The notes under the pieces were generated by a model. That model saw nothing but the letters and a program-made list of their open reading frames with translations, searched no databases and had not been told where the DNA came from. Below, piece after piece: positions 17,202-27,085 of a DNA stretch of 64,000 bases (positions are counted from its first letter, which is position 1; each line of letters begins with the position of its first letter). A program made the translations under genes and the position numbers. This stretch comes from an uncultured Acidobacteriota bacterium (GTDB lineage Bacteria > Actinomycetota > Acidimicrobiia > Spongiisociales > ZC4RG35). Location of the stretch: contig CAWHEU010000004.1 of assembly GCA_963828465.1 (NCBI GenBank), positions 32,001 through 96,000 of the forward strand, given 5' to 3'.

Positions 17202-17924
17202 ATGTCACTACTCGCCACCGCCATCCCCCTGATCATCTACGCGGTCGCGTTCCAGACAATCGTCTACTTGCTTCTGCCAATCCGCTTCCGTCCCACATGG
17301 GCGCCCCTCGCCACCAGCTCGGTGGGGGCGGCGGTAGTGGTGGTCGCGGCCTTGTGGTTCGGCCCGACCTCGATCGGTCTCGCCGGCCCTGACGGCGGGC
17401 TCCTCGCATCCTGGGGATCGGCGACCCTGGTGGCGATGTGCACGGTCGGAGTGGTGATGATGAGCCGGCCCCAGCTGCGGGGCCATCTCGCCGACCCCCG
17501 GATGGGGGCGATGTCCAGTCGCACCGCCGCAGCCCACATCCTCGTCAGGATCCCGCTGATCACTGTCGTGATCGAAGAGGCTGTGTTTCGTGGGGTCCTT
17601 CATGCGGCCCTCATCGCCGTCTATCCCGAGCCGATGGCTCTCTGGGGAGGAGCCGTGTTGTTCGGGCTCTGGCACATCGGCCCCGGGCTCGACCAAGCTC
17701 ACGCCAACGAAAGACGCAGCATGGCCCGTTTCGCCCACGTCGCCATCACCGTGGTCGCCACAACCGCCGCGGGCGCCTTCCTGGTCTGGCTTCGCATCGA
17801 GACCGGATCGATCTGGGTCCCGGTGGCGGTTCACGCCGGGGTCAACATGACTCTCGCCGCATTCGCACGGCTAGCGACCAGGACCAAGGTCGCACCGGTA
17901 CCCGCGCTGGAGATGGCCGCCTAG
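17202..17924 (+). CDS. CPBP (CAAX/Abi) family intramembrane metalloprotease
   Basis: Motifs EEAVFRG, FGLWH, SIWVPVAVHAGVN. Confidence 0.85.
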   Translation: MSLLATAIPLIIYAVAFQTIVYLLLPIRFRPTWAPLATSSVGAAVVVVAALWFGPTSIGLAGPDGGLLASWGSATLVAMCTVGVVMMSRPQLRGHLADPRMGAMSSRTAAAHILVRIPLITVVIEEAVFRGVLHAALIAVYPEPMALWGGAVLFGLWHIGPGLDQAHANERRSMARFAHVAITVVATTAAGAFLVWLRIETGSIWVPVAVHAGVNMTLAAFARLATRTKVAPVPALEMAA

Positions 17925-17980
17925 CCCCCTCGGCCCTTCGGGCCACTCCCCCCAACGTCGCTTCGCTCCTGGGGGAGAAA
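17925..17980 (+). repeat. REP-like palindromic element, copy 1
   Basis: CCCCCTC-GGCCCTTCGGGCC-ACTCCCCCCAACG...TGGGGGAGAAA; two hairpins; related to the reverse complement of 20299-20360. Confidence 0.7.
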
Positions 17981-17982
17981 TC

Positions 17983-19407
17983 TCAGATCAGATACTGATT
18001 GGTGCCCCGCCTGAGGTACCGGCCATCCCCTGGATTTCCCAGGTACTCACCGTTCTCGATGATGATCCGACCCCGGGTGAGCACGCACTTGACCTTTCCG
18101 GTGATCTCGAGGCCCTCGTAGACGGAGTAGTCGACCCGCATGTGTTGGTTGTCCACCGAGATGACGTGCTTCTCGTTGGGATCGAAGATCACGATGTCGG
18201 CGTCAGACCCCACTGCGATCGTCCCCTTCTGCGGGTACAACCCGAACATCTTGGCCGGGGTCGTCGCCGTGATCTCCACGAACCGGTTGACACCTATTCG
18301 CCCCTGGTTGACGCCACCGTCGAAGAGCACCTCCATCCGGGGCTCGACGCCGGGCATGCCGTTGGGGATCTTGGAGAAATCTTCTTCGCCGAGTCGCTTC
18401 TGCCGACCCAATTCGGGATGATCGTTGAAGCAGAACGGGCAGTGGTCGGTGGAAACCACCTGGAGATCGTTGGTCCGCAGCCCTTGCCATAGGGCGTCCT
18501 GGTGACCCGCGGCCCGGTCTCGCATCGGGGGTGAGCAGACGTACTTGGCTCCCTCGAACCCGTTTCCCAGATTGTCGAGATCGAAGAAGAGGTATTGGGG
18601 GCAGGTCTCGGCGAACACGTTGAGACCGCGGTCCCGAGCCTGGATGACCTCGTTCACCGCCTCTTTGGCCGACGTGTGGACGATGTAGAGCGGAGCACCG
18701 GTGAGCTCGGCGAGAACGATGGCGCGATGAGCCGCCTCTCCCTCGAGCAGGGCCTTGCGCACGAGCCCGTGGTGGAGGGGGTCGGTCTGGCCTCGCTTCA
18801 ATGCCTGCTCGACGTAGACGTCGATGGCGATCCCATTCTCGGCATGCATGCAGATGGTTGATCCGTTCTCCGCTGCTTTCTGCATGGCGAGGAGGATCTC
18901 GCCGTCGTCGGAGTAGAAGACGCCGGGGTAGGCCATGAACAGCTTGAACGAGGTCACACCCTCGTCCACGAGCACGTCCATCTCTTTGAGAGTCTGCTCG
19001 TTGATGTCGCCGGTGATCATGTGGAGGCCGTAGTCGATGGCCACGTTGCCGTCGGCCTTCTCCCGCCAGGACTCGTAACCCTCCATGGCCGAGCCGCCCT
19101 TGGTCTGGACGGCGAAGTCGATGATCGTGGTGGTACCGCCCCAGGCCGCGGCCCGGGTCCCGGTCTCGAAATTGTCCGAGGCGAAGGTCCCGCCGAAGGG
19201 GAGCTCCATGTGGGTGTGGACGTCGATCCCCCCCGGGAGAACGTATTTGCCCGAGGCATCGATCACCCTCTGGGCGCCTGACTCCCAGTCGTGTGAGCCT
19301 GCTGCGGCCAGGGCGACCACCTTCTCCCCGTCGACCAGGACATCAGCACCCATCGTCTCGGTCGCGGTGACAACCGTCCCTCCCTTGATAACGGTCCGTC
19401 CCATCAC
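17983..19407 (-). CDS. hydA: Dihydropyrimidinase (D-hydantoinase)
   Basis: Motifs PGGIDVHTH, AAAWGGTTTIIDF, SFKLFMAY, MHAENG, ETCPQYL, STDHCPF, KIPNGMPG. Confidence 0.95.
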   Translation of the reverse strand: MMGRTVIKGGTVVTATETMGADVLVDGEKVVALAAAGSHDWESGAQRVIDASGKYVLPGGIDVHTHMELPFGGTFASDNFETGTRAAAWGGTTTIIDFAVQTKGGSAMEGYESWREKADGNVAIDYGLHMITGDINEQTLKEMDVLVDEGVTSFKLFMAYPGVFYSDDGEILLAMQKAAENGSTICMHAENGIAIDVYVEQALKRGQTDPLHHGLVRKALLEGEAAHRAIVLAELTGAPLYIVHTSAKEAVNEVIQARDRGLNVFAETCPQYLFFDLDNLGNGFEGAKYVCSPPMRDRAAGHQDALWQGLRTNDLQVVSTDHCPFCFNDHPELGRQKRLGEEDFSKIPNGMPGVEPRMEVLFDGGVNQGRIGVNRFVEITATTPAKMFGLYPQKGTIAVGSDADIVIFDPNEKHVISVDNQHMRVDYSVYEGLEITGKVKCVLTRGRIIIENGEYLGNPGDGRYLRRGTNQYLI

Positions 19408-19414
19408 CCCTCCT

Positions 19415-20257
19415 CTACGGTGCTACCAAGTCTCCATACGCATCCGGGCGCCGGTCCCGATAGAAAGCCCACTGCTGACGAACCTCCTCGATCATGTCGA
19501 GGTCCAAGTCGCGGATCACCAGCTCCTCCTCGGTGTCCGACGCCGACTCGCCGACGATCTGACCCCTCGGGTCGACAAAGTACGAGGACCCGTAGAAGTC
19601 GTTGTCGCCGAACGGCTCCTGCCCGACCCGGTTGATGGCGCCGACGAAGTACTCGTTGGCGACAGCAGATGCCGGCTGCTCGAGATTCCACAGATACATC
19701 GACAGCCCGCGGCTGGTGGCAGAAGGGTTGAAAACGATCTTCGCCCCGTTCAAGCCCAGGGCGCGCCATCCCTCCGGGAAATGCCGGTCGTAACAGATGT
19801 AGACCCCGATGCGGCCCACCGCGGTATCGAAAACCGGGTATCCGGTGTTGCCCGGCCGGAAATAGAACTTCTCGAAGAAACCCTTCACGTGGGGGATGTG
19901 GGTCTTGCGGTACTTGCCCAGATAGGTGCCGTCGGCGTCGATCACCGCCGCCGTGTTGTAGTAGAAGCCCTCTTGCTCCATCTCGAAGATGGGCACCACC
20001 AGGACCATTCCGGTCTCCTGAGCGAGGTCCTGCATCAGCTTGGTAGTGGGCCCATCCGGTATCGGCTCGGCGTATTCGAAATGCTCGTCCTCCTGCACCT
20101 GGCAGAAGTAGGGGCCATAGAAGAGCTCCTGGAAACACATGACCTTGGCGCCTTGCTTCGCCGCCTCGCGGGCATAGTCGGCGTTCTTCTTGATCATCGT
20201 GTCCTTGTCGCCGGTCCACTCGGTCTGGACGATGGCGGCCCTGACGATGTTGGGCAT
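19415..20257 (-). CDS. Nitrilase-family carbon-nitrogen hydrolase, beta-ureidopropionase-like
   Basis: E-K-C triad motifs FQELFYGPYFC, YRKTHIP, ICYDRHFPE; adjacent to hydA. Confidence 0.88.
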   Translation of the reverse strand: MPNIVRAAIVQTEWTGDKDTMIKKNADYAREAAKQGAKVMCFQELFYGPYFCQVQEDEHFEYAEPIPDGPTTKLMQDLAQETGMVLVVPIFEMEQEGFYYNTAAVIDADGTYLGKYRKTHIPHVKGFFEKFYFRPGNTGYPVFDTAVGRIGVYICYDRHFPEGWRALGLNGAKIVFNPSATSRGLSMYLWNLEQPASAVANEYFVGAINRVGQEPFGDNDFYGSSYFVDPRGQIVGESASDTEEELVIRDLDLDMIEEVRQQWAFYRDRRPDAYGDLVAP

Positions 20258-20298
20258 TTGTCGACTCCTTTTCGACGAAACCTAGCGCGCCACGGCCG

Positions 20299-20360
20299 TT
20301 TCTCCCCCCAGCGAACAGAGTGAGCGTTGGGGGGAGTACCGGCGTAGCCGGGGAGGGGGG
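20299..20360 (-). repeat. REP-like palindromic element, copy 2 (inverted relative to copy 1)
   Basis: Reverse complement CCCCCCTCC-CCGGCTACGCCGG-TACTCCCCCCAACG...TGGGGGGAGAAA shares the core and architecture of 17925-17980. Confidence 0.7.
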
Positions 20361-20362
20361 TT

Positions 20363-21505
20363 CTAGCTCCCGCCCTCCTGCAACTCGATCTCACGACGCT
20401 CGTAGCTCTCGCCGTTCACATCGGCGTCACCGAGGGCATCGACCGCGGCCTGGGCCAGATCCGTCCGGAACACGTCTGCTGGGATCTCAACACCTTGGAG
20501 CTCGACGACCTGCTCGTTGGCGATGGAGATGGTCTGATCCCAGAGTTCCTCGTTCATGACCCCGATGCCGTTCGTTGCGGGGAAGATGAGACCGAGGATC
20601 TCGTTGAGCTGCCACTCCTGATGACTCTGGCCCAGCGTCGAGCCGTTGTTGAGGACCACGTCGACACACTCATCGAAGGCGTCGAGACAGTGGATCCAGC
20701 CCTGGAAGGTTGCAGTGAGGAATCGGGTGGCGATGTCCGCGTTGCCTTCTTCGGCGATCCAATCGGCGGTGACCCACAGCCCGTCCTGCAGCATCGCCGT
20801 GGCAACCGACTCGTCGTTGTAGTCGATGACGCTCAGGTCATCGGGTTGGTACAGCTCACCGGTGTCGGGGTTGACCGCCTCCAGGACCTGTGCGTACTCG
20901 TTGTAGATCATCGCCTCGGCGGCGTCGATCTCGTCGTTGAGCAGGGCGTTCATCGTGAAGTCCTGCGCCACCAGCTCGCCGACCGTCACATCGAACTTCT
21001 CGATGGCAGCGAGCACCTCGTATTCGTTGCCAAAACCCCAGTTGCCTACGCTCTTGCCCTCCCAGTCTGCCGGGGTCTCGATCCCGGAGTCGGCCCAGGA
21101 AACCTGGAGCGTGCCCGAGCGCTCGAACACTTGGGCGATGTTGATGATGTCTGCGCCGCCTTCACGTGAGACGAGGGCCTTGGGGACCCAGGCGATGCCG
21201 AACTCGGCGCCACCGGTGGCCAGGACTTGCTGCGGAACGATCTCCACCGCCCCCTCGAGGATCTCGACATCCAGGCATTGCGCCTCGTAGAAGCCGTTGT
21301 CGAGGGCGACGTAATAGCCGGCGAATTGCGACTGGGCGAACCATTGCAGCTGGAGCCGGACAACATCGGGCTCGGTGCATTCCTCGGCCGCAACGGTCGT
21401 CCCATCCCCCTCGCCACCCGTCTCGCCTCCGTCACCACACGCGGCCAGCACGATCGCCAGCACGGACAGCCACATGACATGGCGGCGCCATCTACTCGTG
21501 TTCAT
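20363..21505 (-). CDS. ABC transporter substrate-binding lipoprotein, NMT1/THI5-like
   Basis: Lipobox LAAC; LQLQWFAQSQFAGYYVA; AMIYNEYAQVLE; RBS GGAGG before ATG 21505. Confidence 0.88.
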   Translation of the reverse strand: MNTSRWRRHVMWLSVLAIVLAACGDGGETGGEGDGTTVAAEECTEPDVVRLQLQWFAQSQFAGYYVALDNGFYEAQCLDVEILEGAVEIVPQQVLATGGAEFGIAWVPKALVSREGGADIINIAQVFERSGTLQVSWADSGIETPADWEGKSVGNWGFGNEYEVLAAIEKFDVTVGELVAQDFTMNALLNDEIDAAEAMIYNEYAQVLEAVNPDTGELYQPDDLSVIDYNDESVATAMLQDGLWVTADWIAEEGNADIATRFLTATFQGWIHCLDAFDECVDVVLNNGSTLGQSHQEWQLNEILGLIFPATNGIGVMNEELWDQTISIANEQVVELQGVEIPADVFRTDLAQAAVDALGDADVNGESYERREIELQEGGS

Positions 21506-21580
21506 CGGAATTCCTCCATCTCTGATGTCTGCGCACGTTATCCGGCCTGGCAGATGCCCGCGCTGTGCCAATCGGTTGCG

Positions 21581-22451
21581 CTACTCGCTGGTGCGGAACG
21601 AGACGTGCCAGGGCATGAGCCACCGCTCTGCGGCCAGGATCAGCAGATAGAAGGCGACGCCCAGGATCGAGGCCACGAGGATCGCCGCCCACGCATCAGG
21701 GAACTGAAACAGTTGTGCCCGGTTGACGATGTACTGGCCGAGCACGTCCTGAGGGCCGCCGAAGTACTCGGCGATGATTGCGGCGATCAGCGACAGCACG
21801 CTGGCCACCTTGAGGGATGAGAAGAAATAGGGCAAGGCCCTAGGGATGCGGATCCTGCGTGTCACCTCCGACGGGCTCGCCGCCAGCGATCGCATCAGCT
21901 CGAGCTCGGCGGGGTCGACCTCGAGGAGCCCTCGTGTGGTGTTGATCATCACGGGGAAATAGACCACCACCGCCACGACGGCCATCTTGGAGAACGGGTT
22001 GGTCAATCCGAACCAGTTGTTGAAAATCGGCGCCAGAGCCGCGATCGGGGTTGCGTTGAGGACGATGGCAAGAGGGAGCACGCCTTGCCGGAACCCGACC
22101 CAATGGGCCGCCGCTAGTGAGGTAGCGACGGCCAGACTGGTGCCTATGACGAAGACCGCCGGCCGCCTCGAACAGGGTCCTCATCCCGGCACCCCAGATC
22201 ACGCCGAAGGTCTCCGAGAAGCTGGTCAGGATCTCGCTTGGCTTGGAGAGGACGAATGACTCCACTCCGAACAGCCTCGTGAGCCCTTCCCAGACGAGGA
22301 GCACAGCAAGAAAGGCGAAGACGGCCGGCAGATAGCGCCGCACCAGCCGTGCCGGAGACGACCGCCGGCCGCTTGCCGGGACATCGCCTTCGAATGAGGC
22401 GAATACATCGGTGATCGACGTCTCCTGGATCTGGTCGTCACGCTCGGTCAT
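21581..22451 (-). CDS. ABC transporter permease (SsuC/TauC-like); apparent 1-bp insertion near 22155
   Basis: N-half FVLSKPSEI...EAAGG and C-half ATPIAALAP...IPRALPYFFSSLK...AEYFGG lie in different frames. Confidence 0.85.
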
Positions 22452-23236
22452 GACCCGCTGCTCCCCGATTCGCCGCGGCGCAGAGCTTCCCTCACCTCGA
22501 TCACCAGCTCGAAGTATCTCGGGTCCTCGCGCGTGTCCAGGTCACGCTTCGGAGGGAGGTCGACCACGATCTCGTCGCTGATCCGGCCCGGCCGGGGTGA
22601 CATCACCACCACCCTCGTCGAGAGGAACACGGCCTCGGGGATGGAGTGAGTGACAAAGACGACACTGGTCCCGGTCTCCCCCCACACCCGAAGCACCTCT
22701 TGCTGCATCGCTTCCCGGGTCATTTCGTCGAGGGCGCCGAACGGCTCGTCCATCAGGAGCAGGGCCGGTCGGAAGGCCAGCGCCCTGGCGATGGCCACCC
22801 TTTGCTGCATGCCGCCGGAGAGTTGCCACGGGTAGTGGTCGGCGAACCCCCCGAGTTGGACCAGGTCGAGCATCTCCTTGGCCCGGGTCGGTCGCTCGGC
22901 GTCGGGGAAGTCCATGATCTCGAGGGGCAGCTCGACGTTCTTTTGGACGTTGCGCCAGTCCAGCAATGTCGCCGACTGGAACACGATGCCGTAATCACGA
23001 TCGAGACGGGCCTGGCCCGGATCTTTCCCGTTGACCACGAGAGTCCCGGTGGTCGGGCTGACCAGATCGCCGATGAGTCGGAGGAGGGTGGACTTGCCAC
23101 AACCCGAGGGGCCGATCAAGGAGACGAAGTCGCCGCCCGCTATCTCGAGGTCGATGCCCCGCAGAGCCTCGGTTTCCGCGTCTCCTGTGCCGAAGACCTT
23201 GCCCAGACCCCGCGCTTCCACGACCGGCGCGCTCAA
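22448..23236 (-). CDS. ABC transporter ATP-binding protein (TauB/SsuB-like)
   Basis: Motifs GPSGCGKST, LSGGMQQR, LLMDEPFGALD, VTHSIPEA. Confidence 0.93.
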   Translation of the reverse strand: MSAPVVEARGLGKVFGTGDAETEALRGIDLEIAGGDFVSLIGPSGCGKSTLLRLIGDLVSPTTGTLVVNGKDPGQARLDRDYGIVFQSATLLDWRNVQKNVELPLEIMDFPDAERPTRAKEMLDLVQLGGFADHYPWQLSGGMQQRVAIARALAFRPALLLMDEPFGALDEMTREAMQQEVLRVWGETGTSVVFVTHSIPEAVFLSTRVVVMSPRPGRISDEIVVDLPPKRDLDTREDPRYFELVIEVREALRRGESGSSGS

Positions 23237-24081
23237 GCGGCCAGCCTCCGATTGGCCCCGATCCAGCGGTGCTCGAGCGCGGTGATGAGGCCGACGAAGG
23301 CGATTCCGGCCAGCCCGGCAATCAATACCGCGGCAAACAGCTTCTCAGGCGCCGCGGTGAATTGCTGGGAGAACTGGAGCAGGTCCCGCCCAAGGCCGCC
23401 GCGCAGCCCGGCGGGGAGCTCACCGACGATCGCCCCGATGACGCTGGCTGCCGCCGAGACCTTGAGAGCAGTGAAAATGTATGGCATCGCTGCCGGGACC
23501 TGGAGCTTCCAGAGGACTTCGCCAGGCGTGCTGGCATATGACCTCATCAACTCCATCGAGGTCGGGTGTGGCGAGCGCAACCCTCGCAGGGTGTTGATGG
23601 CCACCGGGAAGAAGGTCAGATAGGCGGCGATGAGCGAGACGCTCAACCACTGGGGCAGGTTCGCGCGGCCGCCCCAAACCACCACCATCGGGGCGATGGC
23701 AATGATGGGAACGGTCTGGGAGGCGACGACATAGGGCATGAAGGCGCCGCTCCGGACATGGTCGACCTGACGAACAGGACACCCGAGTCCAAATCCCACG
23801 GCTCCGCCGATCAGAAACCCGACAAACGCCTCACGCAGCGTCATCAGAGCCGCCCTCAGCTCCACGAAGATGAACGGCGGGCCGTTGCGCTGGGCCGGCT
23901 GGAAGAGCGCCAGGAAGATGTCCCACGTGTGAGGCATCGTGCGATTGTCGGGCCGCACAGGGTTCTCCCAACCCATCGCGGTCCAGATCAGCTTGTAGCC
24001 CTCCCAGAGCAAGACGAACACGACGACGACAGCCAGGATCGAGATACCGGCCCGAGCAACCCGTCGATTCGCTCCTCCCAT
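23233..24081 (-). CDS. ABC transporter permease (SsuC/TauC-like)
   Basis: Motifs SQTVPIIAIAP, FFPVAINTLRGL, PAAMPYIF. A short segment at ~23745-23785 looks locally out of frame (compensating indels). Confidence 0.88.
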   Translation of the reverse strand: MGGANRRVARAGISILAVVVVFVLLWEGYKLIWTAMGWENPVRPDNRTMPHTWDIFLALFQPAQRNGPPFIFVELRAALMTLREAFVGFLIGGAVGFGLGCPVRQVDHVRSGAFMPYVVASQTVPIIAIAPMVVVWGGRANLPQWLSVSLIAAYLTFFPVAINTLRGLRSPHPTSMELMRSYASTPGEVLWKLQVPAAMPYIFTALKVSAAASVIGAIVGELPAGLRGGLGRDLLQFSQQFTAAPEKLFAAVLIAGLAGIAFVGLITALEHRWIGANRRLAA

Positions 24082-24121
24082 GGCGGCGAGACTCTAACGA
24101 GGGACCGCCAGGCTCGATCGG

Positions 24122-25370
24122 TCAGTGCCCCACCGAGCGAGGCTCGTCGTTCGGATCGGGAAACCCGGTGCGCGGGACCTCGACGGCACGTGTGCGATCG
24201 AGCCGCTTCGCCGTCGGGAAGAACAGAAGGGCGAAGGCGGCAAGGGCGAGACCGGAAAGGATGAGGGTTCGTTGGACGCCGAAGATTCCGGCGAGTACGG
24301 GGGCGATGGCGAGGGGCAGCAGATGGCCCACCTCGGAATGGACCTGGGTAACCCCGGTGATCCTCCCCATCAGGGATTCGGGGCTGTTGAGCTGGATGAG
24401 GGTGCGCAGCAGCGGCGCCATGACCCCGATGATCAGACCCCAGAACACACCGGCCACCACCACCACCCGTAGTTGATCGGTCCCGACGTAGGCGAGCACC
24501 CCAACCGAGTTGAGGGCGACGATCAGTACCAGCGAACGGGCGGTGCGGTATCTCGCCGGGAGACGGGATGCGATCCATGTGCCAGCCACCAGGCCGAGCC
24601 CGAAGATCGAGTTGACCCAGCCCAATGTCGCCGGCTCCACCTTGAGGATGTCCCGGTAGAACAGAGGCTCCAAGGCGCTGAAGGTCCCGAACAGGACCCA
24701 AACCGAGGAACCGATCAAGATGTAGAAGCGAAGCCGATGGTGGCTGTACGCGTAGGTGAATCCCTCGCGTAGCTCACGCAGACCCTCCTTCTCCTTCTCC
24801 TCCCGGGCCATTTTCCGCACCGAGACTGGGATCACAATCAAGGCCGCAATCGCCGAGGTGGCGGCGTCGAGGACGAAGATGCCATCGAGCCCAACAGTGC
24901 TGGCGATGATCGCACCGAGGGCGGGGCCCAGCGACGAAGGCGGCCCACGCCGCACCCTCGATGTACCCGTTGATGCGGGCCAAACGATCGGGGTCGTCGG
25001 TCAGGAAGGGGCCGAACGAAGAGATGGCGGTGAACACCGGCATGCCAACCAGACCGAGGAGGAAGGTCGCCACTACCAATGCGGGAAGGGTGTCTGCGAA
25101 AACCATTCCGAGCGCCACCGGGATGAACACGATCTCAGCAGCAATTAGGACTCGGCGTGGGTCGAAACGATCGACCAACACCCCGGCCACCGCAGAGCCG
25201 ATCAGGGAGGCGACGCCGAGGGCCGCCATGACGGCAGCCACGCCCGCAGCCGTGGCGTTCAACTCAAATGCTGCCTTGCCCCAGATGCCGACGAAGAAAG
25301 CCGCTTCTCCCCCGCTGCGGGAGATGAATCGAGCCAGGACAACCCGTCTGACATCACGATCCGCCCACAT
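24122..25370 (-). CDS. MFS transporter; apparent 1-bp insertion near 24928
   Basis: Motif A GVLVDRFDPRR; the GPALG motif is split across frames; about 12 TM segments over the two ORFs. Confidence 0.85.
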
Positions 25371-25429
25371 GAAGTGTGACGGTACCCGGGGCCTCGGACG
25401 CTCTTTCCCGCATTTTCCGGTGGGAAGCC

Positions 25430-26152
25430 CTAACTGTCCGGCGTGAAGGAGATCAGCTCGATTCGGCCACTGCCACCCACGACTGTGGTCTCGAGCACTA
25501 CGCCCACCCCCGAGGCGTAATACTTCTCCTCGACCACGTCCGGTTCCAGCGGTGTCCACTCCTCGATGACGATGAGGTCATCGAATGCCCCGAACGCCAC
25601 CTCCTCGCTCACACCAGTTTGGACCACCTCTGCCATGTCTTCGGCCTCGCCCGGGTAGTACTCCTGCCGATAGCTGTCGCCGACAGTCGGCTCCATTCCC
25701 ATAACGATTCCGGGCATCGCCCCGTCGACGCCTGCTTCCCAGGCGCCGGCCGTCGACACGATCTCGCCGTCCTCGTATTCAGCCGTTTCCTCACCGAAAT
25801 ACCAGACGTTGCCCTCCTGATCCTGGGCATACCAGTCGTACGTGTCCTCCACCAGCTCCCCATCGACCGTCACCGTGTCTCGGACGACTGTGGTGGAGAC
25901 TCCCATGACCGTTCGCTTCTCTTCGGTCACGACCACTTCGATTCGCTCGACCTCTTCTCCGCCGATCGACTCGTAAACCCACTTGCTACCGGGACGAAAC
26001 GGGAGTCGATCGTTGTCGATCTCCGGCACGAAATCCGCGGGATCGATGGTGACCGAATAGTCGCCACCATCGCCTGGGTCGATCGGATCGGCCGTGGCTC
26101 CGGCACAGCCCGCCAGAAAAATCAGGAAAAGGAGGAGTTTTACCTTCGCCAT
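25430..26152 (-). CDS. Hypothetical lipoprotein
   Basis: Lipobox LAGC; acidic beta-rich domain with DWYAQDQEGNVWYFGE and YRQEYYPGEAEDMA. Confidence 0.8.
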   Translation of the reverse strand: MAKVKLLLFLIFLAGCAGATADPIDPGDGGDYSVTIDPADFVPEIDNDRLPFRPGSKWVYESIGGEEVERIEVVVTEEKRTVMGVSTTVVRDTVTVDGELVEDTYDWYAQDQEGNVWYFGEETAEYEDGEIVSTAGAWEAGVDGAMPGIVMGMEPTVGDSYRQEYYPGEAEDMAEVVQTGVSEEVAFGAFDDLIVIEEWTPLEPDVVEEKYYASGVGVVLETTVVGGSGRIELISFTPDS

Positions 26153-26163
26153 GGTCGGTACCA

Positions 26164-26197
26164 TATATCAAAACACGATATAGTTCAAGTAGATATA
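26164..26197. promoter_or_regulatory. Two overlapping palindromic operators (TATATC-N7-GATATA and TATAGT-N7-GATATA), probable PadR sites
   Basis: AT-rich palindromes directly upstream of the PadR gene, between divergent starts. Confidence 0.6.
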
Positions 26198-26207
26198 GTC
26201 ATCGCAA

Positions 26208-26537
26208 ATGGCCCTCCCTACCTCTCATTTCCACATCCTGTTCGCTCTTGCCGAGGAGGATCGGCACGGCTATTCGATCATGAAGGAAACCGAGGAGCTG
26301 ACGCAAGGAGACGTCCGTCTAGGGCCGGGAGCCCTCTACGTCGCTCTCGGGAAGCTCGCCGACCAGGGCCTCATCGAGGAGAGCGAAGAACGACCCGCCC
26401 CCGATCTCGATGACGCGCGTCGCCGGTATTACCGGATCACCGATGATGGCAGGGCAGCGTTGGGCGGCGAGTTGCAGCGTCTACATCGGGTCATGGAGCA
26501 CGCCAGACGGGCTGACCTCGGATGGAGCCCGACATGA
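26208..26537 (+). CDS. PadR family transcriptional regulator
   Basis: Motifs RHGYSIM, LGPGALYVAL, RRRYYRITDDGR. Confidence 0.9.
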   Translation: MALPTSHFHILFALAEEDRHGYSIMKETEELTQGDVRLGPGALYVALGKLADQGLIEESEERPAPDLDDARRRYYRITDDGRAALGGELQRLHRVMEHARRADLGWSPT

Positions 26538-27085
26538 GCCCCGCATCAATCCGCCGCCATCAGGGGATGTATCGACGGCTGGTAGCCGTCACGCCAGAGG
26601 CGCATCGCTCGCGACACGGAGAGGCGCAAGTCGTCCTGTTTGGGGATCTCCTCAGCAAGGGAGAAAACCCCCTCCGATTGTGGATGCGGGCGCTCCCTGA
26701 CCTGATCACGGTCATCAGACAGACCAGTGTCCGATTGCCTGATCGCACCACCCGCATCGCCCTCGGCATCGCCTCGCTTGGCCCAATCGCTCTCGGGATG
26801 TTCCTCGGGTGGATCTCCATCGATGAGTACGGCGACGTACCGATTCTGTTCCCGATCACGGCGATGGCCCTCGTGTTGCAAGGTGTGTTCACTTTGCTCT
26901 GGCTGAGTCATGCGCTCGACCACTGGGAGAAGAACGCCAGGGCTGTCTTCGTGGCCGGCGAGGCGGTCGCCTTGATCGTCGGTTCGATCATCGCGATCGG
27001 TTCCAGCGTCCTCCCCGGCACCATGATCGCCGGTGTCGTCATCGCTACCCAGGCAGGCCTCGGATTGGTCGTAGCCAGGCATTGA
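26534..27085 (+). CDS. PadR-associated hypothetical membrane protein
   Basis: ATGA overlap with the PadR gene; N-terminal YRRLV..PEAHRSRHGE followed by TM helices. Confidence 0.7.
   Translation: MSPASIRRHQGMYRRLVAVTPEAHRSRHGEAQVVLFGDLLSKGENPLRLWMRALPDLITVIRQTSVRLPDRTTRIALGIASLGPIALGMFLGWISIDEYGDVPILFPITAMALVLQGVFTLLWLSHALDHWEKNARAVFVAGEAVALIVGSIIAIGSSVLPGTMIAGVVIATQAGLGLVVARH

Noticed and set aside
17202-17924. CAAX/Abi protease as an abortive-infection gene
   Set aside because: The CPBP family name is historical; nothing in the context suggests defence.
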